DNA from: Octopus bimaculoides
Lineage: Eukaryota
Assembly (NCBI RefSeq): GCF_001194135.2
Contig: NC_068987.1
Span: 39,216,614 to 39,276,418, forward strand
Reading direction: 5' to 3'
DNA: 59,805 nucleotides
Made by a program: the position numbers and the translations under genes. Position 1 is the first letter of the stretch; every line of letters begins with the position of its first letter. The notes below the pieces were generated by a model, which saw only the letters and a list, made by a program, of their open reading frames with translations, searched no databases and was not told the DNA's origin. This document shows, in pieces, positions 49,805 to 59,805 of the stretch.

Positions 49805-50037
49805 TGGATTGCCTGGAGAGTTCGTGCCGATTTATAGTAGCTTACCTTTTGACTTATTTGCCATGAAACCACCTCAATTCTGGGAAGAGGGTATTTTCAA
49901 GTTNNNNNNNNNNNNNNNNNNNNNNNNNNNNNNNNNNNNNNNNNNNNNNNNNNNNNNNNNNNNNNNNNNNNNNNNNNNNNNNNNNNNNNNNNNNNNNNNN
50001 NNNNNNNNNNNATATATATATATATATATATATATAC

Positions 50038-50200
50038 CGAAGTAGGCACAAAAATGCAAAACAAGGTGGAAAAAATAGTACTCGAATACCAAAGGTAGAG
50101 TAGTATGCTTTATTAAAAAGCAGCAAAAATATCACAAAAACTGTTACTCAGAGTTTCATGTCCCTGTTTGTCGGACAGTTTTGTTTAAAATGTAACAGAA
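50038..50200 (-). mobile_element. PLE-type terminal fragment with decayed hammerhead, 3' end abutting (AT)n
   Basis: Reverse complement of 50138-50181: AAACTGT CCGACAA ACAGGGACAT GAAACTCTGAGT A ACAGTTT; 7-bp stem I and stem III intact, core mutated. Confidence 0.6.
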
Positions 50201-51591
50201 ATAAGGTTATAAGCAAACATATACAATTAGTTTAATGGATACACATTGGATTACATATACATTTAGCAGGGTATGCACATACTAAACCATCTATAATATA
50301 CATATATACACTAAAATGCACAGACGCATGTACATAGTTGTATACATATATAAACATATATAGGCGAGACATAAATGTATATACAAATGCATATATATAT
50401 ATATGTATGCACACATGCACATGCACAAAATCTCCTGGTGTATGCATGTACAAATCAGTTGTTACAGACGAAAGAAAGAGAAAGTAAGCATTAAGCATGG
50501 GGAGGAGGATGAGAACATTGGGGAAGAAGAAAAAGAAACAGAAACAGAAAACTAGCAAGAGAAGGGAGAAAAAGATAGGGACATAGAGTGCTATGTAAAG
50601 ATGCTAGCAAGTAGCAAGTAGAAATAGATACTTCATAAAGTTTGCGCAATGAATGCACACATAAAATTACATATATATATATATANNNNNNNNNNNNNNN
50701 NNNNNNNNNNNNNNNNNNNNNNNNNNNNNNNNNNNNNNNNNNNNNNNNNNNNNNNNNNNNNNNNNNNNTATATATTATTATTATAGATATATATATACAA
50801 ATGCACAAATATGAGTACGTATACAAATATACAAAAATATGTATGCAAATACATGCTGACATAAATATAAGTATACACACACACGCACATGTACACGTAT
50901 GCACACATACATGTAAATACATACATGTACATACCTACAATACATACATATAAATATAAATATATAAGGACATATCTACATCATAGCACATATATGCAAA
51001 CAATTTTTAAAAAGCTGCACGGTGTATAAAATTAAAATTAAAATGTAAAAAATGAAATAAAAATATAAAATAATGAAATTATATATAAATTTAATGCAAC
51101 ATAATTAAATAGGTGTATAAAATAAAATAAAATAATAAAAAAGGAACCTCGGAAAAGTTTAAGCTTGAAATTAAATTTGTAAGACAGTCAAAGAATAAGG
51201 TGAAATATATTCAACATTGTTGCAATGCAAAATAACCATACACTGTAAAAACAAATTCAAAGGCGACAGTCAAAGATATTTCGAAAGTCAAAACATATTA
51301 CCCATATAGTATTTTGTCGGTTGACATTTTAAATTTTGTTGTTCAGAAACACCCGCGAGTGGGGAACAGTTCTCAAACTTAACCCTCAATTGTTTTCCCT
51401 CAAAATTCCTATGTCCTCAGAATCTAAATGATATAACACATATTCATAGAAATTTTCATTAAAAAATATCCATATTTCTGAAAGTTATGATCATCCAAAG
51501 TCAGGTGTGTGTGGTTGGGTCAGAAATCTGTAGTTATGCCAATAATGTATATACATACATACATACATACACATATATATATATATATATA

Positions 51592-52005
51592 AGCACATTG
51601 TATTTCGCTTGAAGCATTGTAATATCAAAGAAGGTAAAAAGAGAGAAAACAGAAAGCTTCTGACAATGCATAAAGTTTTATAAAATCTTTATATTTCAGG
51701 TGCAAAGGCTCATCTTCAGAAGAAAAACAGTCAGGGAAATGTCCAGTTATGTAGGTTCTGTTAACCCATTCAAATTCCCTTGCGTTATGCAGTAGCAGCA
51801 GTCACTCTGAATATGTAGGTGTAATCGATGCTCCATGCACTGGTGTAAACAAACTTTCAACTGTTGTTATAAGCTATTCATCATCTATAGGATGATGTGA
51901 CAACGTTAACTTAACAGTCGATTGGAGTTGAGCTGGTGGCTCCTATGACAGCATCAACAGATGGTGAATGGCTGGGGGTTTGTTTACACCAACACTTGGA
52001 CAGCC
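51592..52005 (-). mobile_element. PLE-type non-coding element with hammerhead-like motif, 3' end abutting (AT)n
   Basis: Reverse complement of 51686-51723: TCTT CTGAAGA TGAGCCTTTGCACCT GAAATAT A AAGA; 13-bp inverted repeat GGTGTAAACAAAC at 51842-51854 and 51978-51990. Confidence 0.5.
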
Positions 52006-52009
52006 AGCA

Positions 52010-52430
52010 GCACTTGGAGGGTGACTGCCACTACTACTACTAAGTGCTGATCTCTAACTGTGGAGGGAGTCTGTGAAAGAGGTACACCCAGCAAGACATG
52101 GGATGAGGTGGTGAAGCATGATTTTTGAACATTGAGACTCACGAAGGTAATAACAAGTGAGTAAGACCTTTGGCAATATGCTGTGCTTAAGAAGACTCAT
52201 CAAGCCAAGTGAAATTGTAGTTGTGGCTGATGCCGGTGTCACCTGTGCTGGTGGCATGTAAAAAGCAGCCATTATACTCTTGGAATGGTTAGCGTTAGGA
52301 AGGGCATGAAGCCATAAAGATCATGCCAAATCAGATTGGAACCTGGTGCAGCTCTCCAGCTTACCAGATTGAGTCAAATCGTCTTACCCATACCAGCTTG
52401 AAAAGCAGATGCTAAATGATGATAACGATA
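52010..52430 (+). mobile_element. RTE LINE 3' fragment
   Basis: GTPSKTWDEVVK remnant, TGGCATGTAAAAAGCAG motif, AATGATGAT tail. Confidence 0.85.
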
Positions 52431-52574
52431 GTATTCTTTTATTCTTTAACTTGTTTCAGTCATTTTACTGCGGCCATGCTAGAGTACCAACACACACACA
52501 CACATATATATATTTTGATTTTTTAAGTACAAGTAATTCCAACTCTGATAATACAATTATGTCAACACGTAGTT

Positions 52575-52613
<39 letters not shown>

Positions 52614-52625
52614 CTAATAATAATA

Positions 52626-55330
52626 ATGGTGGAGCAAAAGAACCATGGTGGAAATGACGCATTGAAAGGGACATAATGCGGGCAAGGCAAGATCTAGGAA
52701 AAATTGAGCAATGTTTAACAGGAAACTGGAAAAATTGGAAAAAGACAGACAGAGAAAGATTAGAGAAGAAATATAAAATACGGAAGAACAGGTTTGATGC
52801 AGTAACAGAGCAGTTAAAATAGAGGATCATGGCAAAAAGCCAGAAGATCAGAAGATTTGTGAACAGAAAGAAGCAGTTCAAGGCGAGCAGATTGTTCAAA
52901 AATAACCCGAAGCAATTCTTTCAAACAATATGAGACAATGGGGAAAATGTTGCTCCTGATGCAAATCAAGCCAAGGAGTTCTGGAACAGATTATGGGGAA
53001 ACAATATGGTGCATAAAAGGGATGCAATGTGGACAGGAACTATCAAGACAGAACTACAAAGTGGAAAGAAACAAAGGAATATTGTCATAAGCATGAATGA
53101 TGTGAAATACAAGTGGATAAAGTGCCTAACTGGAAAGCCCCCAGACCAGATGGGATTCATGACTTCTGGCTGCATGAAAAACTAGTAGCCCAATTGAATG
53201 AGTGTCCAGAAAGGTATAGTCCCCACATGGATGGTGACTGGGAGGACAACACTTGTAATGAAAGATAGAAGAAAGGGAAATATTGTGGGAAACTACTGTC
53301 TCATAGCATGTCTAAACATCATCTGGAAGATACTCACTGGAATAAGTGCGACTTTCCTGGCACAGGAAGAAATACTACCAAGGGAACAAAAAGGATGTCA
53401 GAAGAGTTCTCAGGGTATCAAGGATCACCTGGTTATTGATAAAACAGTTTTGAGGCATGTAAAAAAACATCATACAAACATGTTTATGGCTTGGATTGGC
53501 TTTAAGAAGGCATATGATATGATGCCTCATTTTTGGATCGTTGAATGCCTGCAGGTGTTTAGTGTTGCTGACAACATCACAAATTTCCTGATGTATAGCA
53601 TGAAAGAGTGGAAAACCAAATTGTACTCAAGTAACGTATTCCTTGGAGTAGTTGATATTAGAAGGGGAATCTTCCAAGGTGACTTGTTTATTCCATTACT
53701 TTTTGTAATTGCACTAATACCCATAACAATGACGCTTAGGAAAGTTAAGATGGGTTACTGATGTGGGAAGAAATCATTGAAATCATTGAACCATCTTCTG
53801 TTTATGGATGATCTGAAATTGTTTGGATAATCTGAAAAACAGATAGATTCCTTTACCAAAACAGTCTAGAAGTGTGGTAGTGACATTGGTATGGAATTTA
53901 GGATTGCCAAATGCTCAGTACTTAATTTGAAAAGAGGGTAGAAAGCAGCCTGCAGACAATTGTGGTTACCATCAGGCGAGACCATGGGTGAACCTGACAG
54001 TAGTTGGTATAGATATATAGGGATTTTGGAGCTGGATAACATTCTACACAGGGAAATGAAAGTCAAGGTCAGCAAGGCATATCAAAAAAGGGTGAAGATG
54101 CTGTTGAAATCCAACCTGAATGCCAAAAATTTGATTACTGCAATGAATATCTGGGCATTTGCGTGGTCAGATATAGTGTGTCCATCCTCAAATGGACTAA
54201 GGAGGAAACATCAACACTGGATTGAAGGAGGAGATAGTTGATAACGCTGCATCGGGTACTCCATCCTAAAGCAAACGTAAACAGACTGTATATGAAAAGA
54301 AAGAATGGTGGCAGAGGACTAATTAGTATAGACCATTGTATAAGGAGTGAAAGGAGCAAGCTTGCCGAATATTTGATAAATGGTGATGAAGACCTGCTGC
54401 AGTATGCTGCAAAAGATATGGGTGTAAATGCAGATGAAATATGGGCAAGAAAGAGTTTAACCAAAGAGCTGAGAAGAGAAAAGAAGACCTTCTTGAAATG
54501 AGAATACATAGACAATTTGAAAGGAATACACAGGACGTTAGGATAATACAGCATCATGGGCATGGCTTGAGCGAGGTGTTCTGAAGCGTACCACCGAAAA
54601 CCTGATTACTGCTGCACAAAACTGGGCTCTTGCTACCAATTCAGTGAAGTATAACATCTATAAAACCTCTAACACCCAGAAATGCAGACTCTGTGGAAAG
54701 AATGTGGAAAATTTGACCCACTTGGTAAGTGGATGTGAGAGCCTTTCACAAAAAGAATACAAGCACTGCCATGATAAAGTGTATGTGCATCTTCATTGGC
54801 TCTTATGCCGTAAATACCAATATGAAGTAACAGAGAACTGGTATAAGCATGTACCAAATAAAGTTATGTGGGAGGATGGAAAAGTAACGATACTCTGGGA
54901 CTATGATTTTCAGACAGATTGTGTAATTGAACACCGTTGGCTGGATATTGTCATATTGAAAAAGAGAGACAAATACTGTCAGATCATTGATGTAGCCATA
55001 CCAAATGAAATGAATGTTGTGAGTAAAGAGGTTGAAAAAATCACCAAGTACTCCAAACTGAAAGTGGAAATAGCAAGTCTGTGTGGAATGCGAGAGGGTA
55101 ATCTAAAAGTGATATCAGTGGTGATTGGAGCGTTGGGCTCAATCTCATTGAATCTACAAAACTTCTTAAGGCAACTGGAAATCCCATGCAAGATTGATGT
55201 CTTGCAAAAAGCAGCCTTATTGGGCACAGTGCACATCTGAAGGAAAATATTATCTGTCTGAGGTCCTTGTTGTGACTTGACAGATGACTAAAGACTCTGG
55301 TGCATTTTTACCTACACTGTGTTACGAAGG
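52626..55330 (+). mobile_element. R4/Dong-like RLE LINE (RT, CCHC, restriction-like endonuclease) within (TAA)n
   Basis: EQKGCQK..KDHLVIDK, AWIGFKKAYD, RGIFQGD, HLLFMDDLKLF, CRLCG..HLVSGC, IIDVAIP..KITKY; (AAT)n at both 52577-52625 and 55331-55352. Confidence 0.93.
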
Positions 55331-55374
55331 AATAATAATAATAATAATAATATTTTTAAAGGATTGACATAACT

Positions 55375-57850
55375 CTTCACAAAGGTAAACAGTCAAGACG
55401 AAGAGTGTGATTTGATTGTAATACATATTTTATTGGTTGAATGATATTTTGACAGTAAGCCTGTCTTTGTTGAGTTGAAAATAAGAAGTAATATAAATTC
55501 AAAATTATAGAAATTTAAATTTAATCTATGAATGAGAGCAACCAGCATTCACACATTGATGGAATGACAGCATCAGTCTTTAAGTTTAAATTTTATAACA
55601 GGCGAAAAGAAAAAGAAAGAAAAAAGAAAAGGGAAAAAAAGAATATTTAATCAAAGAGTTTGTGCAAATTTGATGATATTCTCCCGTCATTTTATTCATT
55701 TCTCCAAAGCATGATGTTAATAACTCGCAAACATATTTCTCCTCCTGCATTTTGAGAAGTGAAAGTGAAGCAGATTCAGAATATTTTCTGAGAATATGCA
55801 CTTTCAAATCTTTTTCAAAATTGCAGTCGTTTGAAGCAAAATGTTCAGCAAGTTTTGTTGAACTACTGTTATTGTGCCTGACATCATATCTGTGCCCATT
55901 CAATTTTTTTGTTTAATTGTTCTGTTGTACAACCGACATAAATCAAGTTGTGTTTCATGTATTCAGCCGTGTACACCAAATGGGAATCTCTACATGTCCC
56001 ACCTTCTGTATAAATCATAACATTTCTGTTATGATTCCTGATGGAATTCACTTGACTTGTGTTGTTGCACAATAAACAGGGCTTACCTCTCTTGTGGCTG
56101 TTTTTCAAGGTACAGCATGCAGATACTCCAATGTTCGTTTTCTTGGAGTCAGAAATAGAGGTTAATAATTCTCTTATATTCTTATTCCAGCTAAAGGCTG
56201 CAATAGATGGCTGAGGAAATATCTGTTTGAAACGAGGATGTTTTTTGCCACATGCTGGTAACTTTCATGCAACACTTTTGAAATGCCAGCGAAATTTCGA
56301 TGCCAGTTAATCACTATTCAGTCATCTATTGTATTGTGCTTGCTAAAATTATGCATGAAGGTTTGACTATCTTTGCTAATCTTAGCTATTTCATTTGCTA
56401 TTTCCTTTAATCATGATTCACTGTTACTGGGTTTCACATAATGACATGCAAAAGCATTTGCATATTTCCCGTAATCCCCTATGTCAGTACAAATCCATTT
56501 TATCCTCAAAAATTGAGATTACAGATTTGACCGAATAATATGATGTGGATGATTGGAGCAGCAGTGGAGATAAATGTGGGATAATGTGAGCTTGCAAAAT
56601 AACTCTGTCACTATTCTGCCTCCAGAAAACTTAACTTTTGTGTCCAAAAATTCAACACTAGTTTTTGAAAAACTAGACGTAAATTTTAACTTGGACTTAA
56701 AGCCATAGTTTTTAGCATAACAGTCACAGAAATGCAAGAAGTCAAATTAAACTATCCTGCAGTCCTTCCCAGACAAAAAAGACATCATCAATGAACCGTA
56801 ACCAAAGTATTGGTTCATGACCATGAAGGGATTTGAATGTCTTCAGTAGCTGTGTCTCAAATTTCGTCATGAAGACTTTAGTAAAATTAACTGCCATAGT
56901 GGTACCCATGGTGCAACCCTTCGTCTGGTGATAAAATCTTTGTCTAAACTTCATTGTGCTACTTTCTAACACAAACCCCAATAATCTACAGAGTAAATTT
57001 GATGGAATACTTTTGTTTGACTGCTTTTTGAAGGCATCCATGCATGCTTCTACCCCTTCATTATGGTCAATATTTGGATATAAGGAAGAAACATCCATGG
57101 TTACCAAAAAATAGTTCTTGGCATGGCCTTGGTGCTTAAAAAAGTTGTTGATTTTAGACACAAGATCAAAAGTATCCTGAATATAGGAACTTGATCTCTT
57201 TGTGACAGGGAGTTCTGAAATCTTGGCTGTACAACATTCATATCCGCTGCAAATTGGGTGCATTGGACTTTTGAACTTTTTGAACTTTTTGTGTATTTTA
57301 GGGAGACCATAAAATACAGGTGTTCTTCTTTCTGACCGTAAAATCCTGGATTCGGCCTTATTAATGAAATTGTTTTCCTCCATTTCCAGAATTATTTTGT
57401 CAAGTTCCTCTCTGTAATTGGGGTTTGGATTGACAGGTAATTCTTCATATGAAGTTTTGTCATTTAAAACTTCTTTACAAGCCGAAATATACTCACCTTT
57501 GTCCATAATTAGCACTCCCTTATCTGCCATTTTAATAACAATAGAATCGTTATTAGCTAAACATCAGATTGCTTAACGTTGGGAATTTGTAAGGTTATTC
57601 CAGGACTTCTTTCTACTGGTTTTAAAGCTTTTCCTGATGCCTGTCTGACAAGATTCAAGAAATTCCAGTAGTGTTTGTGAACGCTCATCCCAAACTTTAT
57701 CTGGATACCAATTGGGATTCTTTTCAATCCAATTATGCCAGATTTGACCATCATCATTTTTATTTTCAGTAAGCATAGGTTTTTCTGACTCCTCATAACC
57801 AGTTTTTTCCAAAAAATATTCCTTCAAAAAAACATGAACATATTCAAAAA
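55375..57850 (-). mobile_element. Degenerate Penelope-like element (Neptune-type), RT plus GIY-YIG
   Basis: FYGLPKIHK, VTMDVSSLYPNIDH, QTKGCTMGT, WLRFIDDVF; KPCLLC linker; LVY..IYVGCT..R.NGHR; decayed hammerhead-like stem GACAG/CTGTC at ~55448-55478. Confidence 0.9.
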
Positions 57851-57999
57851 GAACACTGAGAAGGAATATAATCTAAGAAAATCTGTTTTTGTATGCAACT
57901 ATTTAATAAATAGATAACTAATTGTCGTGATGTAAAATCTATATGTGTCTAATTGTCATAACATAGAATTCTTATGCTTATTTTTTATTCATTCATTAT

Positions 58000-58800
58000 C
58001 CACTAACATCACCAATGGATCTCTTTGCAGATTGATTTCCATTCTGCTTTATCGAAATTCAAGTTGGATATGGCTTGAGTCCTCCTGATAGGGTAGATGC
58101 CAGCACTTCACTTAGGACCATACATTGTTAGTTCAACAATGGTGTTGTCTGAGAGTGCTGTTAGTGTCACCTTACTTCTTCGAGGTGACTGAGGATATCC
58201 TCAAATTCACCATCATATTTTGAGGTATTTGACAGATGATATATTGTGCATACAACTACATAAATTTGCTTTATATGTATTATTAAGTTGTCACAAACTG
58301 AGTCTGAGTGTGACAGCAATACAAGGGGTGTGACATCTTTGCGCATGTACATAATAACTCTTCTGTGGATTCTTTCTCTTCTGTCTGTACAAAATACAAC
58401 AGATCCTGGTATGTGAATTTCCTCATCTATTATATTAGATGTTACAAGTGTTTCTATAAGCACCATGCATATTGCTTGATTGCATGTAGCAAGCTCTTTC
58501 AGATAGAGAATTTTACCTCTGTTTCTAAGTTGTAGTAGACCTCTGATGCTTACAAGGAATATGGGTGCGATATTTGATAGGTATCACTGGTGTCAGTGGT
58601 GGCCGTCCTCAGTCTGTCAAGTGAGGCATGGCTTTGATTTTGCATCTTTTGCATCCATGTCAGTTGCTGTACTATCTTCTGAGCTACTTTCAAACAAGCC
58701 TGTTCGATAGCTGCAGTTCATACAGCCTCTGCATAGTGCCTTTTGAGGGGTGCAGAGGGTATGTGTTGATTTCTTTTCCTATTCTTATGAGACCCATATA
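58000..58800 (-). mobile_element. CR1/Jockey-group LINE relic (ORF1 end and APE start)
   Basis: LIETLVTSNIIDEEIHIPG..TDRRER..VIMYMRKDV resembles the APE N-terminal half. Confidence 0.6.
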
Positions 58801-58806
58801 TGTATA

Positions 58807-59716
58807 CTGGGTCATCCCATAAATATTGCGGTTTTTTTCAGAGGACGAGATAAACTACCTGCATCAACTTGCTATAAAAGTAGGTAGTAATTTTACCTTG
58901 TCCTTATCTTAGTGCAAGTTTTGAAGAGAGCAGTTCGATTTTAACAGTTATTTTTTCAAAGCTATAATGGAAATAACAAAGGAGCATATTTGGCAAATTT
59001 TACTTTCTGTGTTCAATAAAGGCAACAATGCAACAGAAAGTGTGGGGAATATTAATGCAGCATATGGGGATCAGACAATAAGCACAAGCCAATGTCAATG
59101 GTGGTTCCAGAAATTCCTAGCTGGAAACTACAGCCTCGAAGATGAACCTTGTCCTGAAAGACCTGTAGAGGTCGATGAGGACATCCTGCAAACCCTGGTG
59201 GAACAAAATCCCATCATAACTGTTGAGGAACTAGCAGAGAAGCTTGGATTTGGTCATTCAACCATTCATTGACTCCTGCGTGCCATGGGAAAAGTCAGCA
59301 AATTGGGTCAATGCATTCCTCACAAGCTTTCTGAGTCTAATCACATGCAAAGAGTGAATGTGTACTCTTCTTTGCTGTCACATCTCATGAATGAACCTTT
59401 TTCGGACTGAACAGTGGCTGGCGACAAAAAATGGGTTCTCTATAAAAATGTCAAGCTCTGAAGAGAGTGGGTAGGGAAAGGAGAAACATTGGCACCCAAG
59501 GCTGAAGAAGGTCTTTATATGAATTCTGTATATGAAATGAGAACAGTACTGGAGGAGTATTTTTCATCACAGACAAGTGAATTTTGGAAGAGGAGCTTTG
59601 CAAGTCTACCAAATAGATAGAAGAGCATTGTTGAAAATGAAGGAGAGTATATTTTGATTAAAATATTTTGAAAAATAAGACGTGAAAAAAATCGCATTAT
59701 TTATGGGATGATTCAA
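58807..59716 (+). mobile_element. Internally deleted mariner transposon with both TIRs and TA TSD
   Basis: TIRs CTGGGTCATCCCATAAATATTGCGG and TCGCATTATTTATGGGATGATTCAA; ORF 58967-59272 with HTH (WFQKFLAGNYSLEDEP); GDKKWVLY; most of the catalytic domain is missing. Confidence 0.92.
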
Positions 59717-59805
59717 TATATATTATATTAATTATTTCAAGGATGTAAATACCTCTTAAAAGGATGTCATCATCCAAGTTCCCCGGTTTTATCCAGTGTA
59801 TCAAT

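Noticed and set aside
683-50953. ORF-track entries spanning N runs or microsatellites (poly-X, YIYI, HTHT, ERER, MMMM)
   Set aside because: Artefacts of gaps and simple repeats.
1-59805. CRISPR arrays, rRNA, genuine tRNA genes or prokaryotic systems
   Set aside because: None seen; the tRNA-like sequences are SINE or PLE heads and the DNA is clearly eukaryotic.

Overview
AT-rich animal genomic DNA from a draft scaffold with eight N gaps, most abutting microsatellites. The RTE LINEs with (ATG)n tails and the abundant tRNA-derived SINEs look like octopus/cephalopod repeats; the species is an inference. Most of the window is layered transposon debris: RTE LINEs, R4/Dong-like and HERO-like RLE LINEs, Tx1-like and CR1-like LINEs, several Penelope-like elements (PLEs), a complete Gypsy LTR element with nested insertions, mariner, Tigger, a tandem Helitron pair, SINEs and palindromic foldback elements. 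Three small phase-compatible + strand exons (15584-15618, 19488-19599, 22198-22250) splice into a peptide resembling the N-terminal GAF-A region of PDE10A. Four candidate - strand exons of an unidentified gene lie inside one of its introns. The most notable signal is a set of minimal type I hammerhead ribozyme motifs. One sits in a PLE terminus behind a tRNA-like Pol III head. One sits in a ~345-nt direct-repeat-bounded, retrozyme-like unit that is hidden because a Tx1 LINE splits it. All alignments and family assignments were made by eye; no searches were run.
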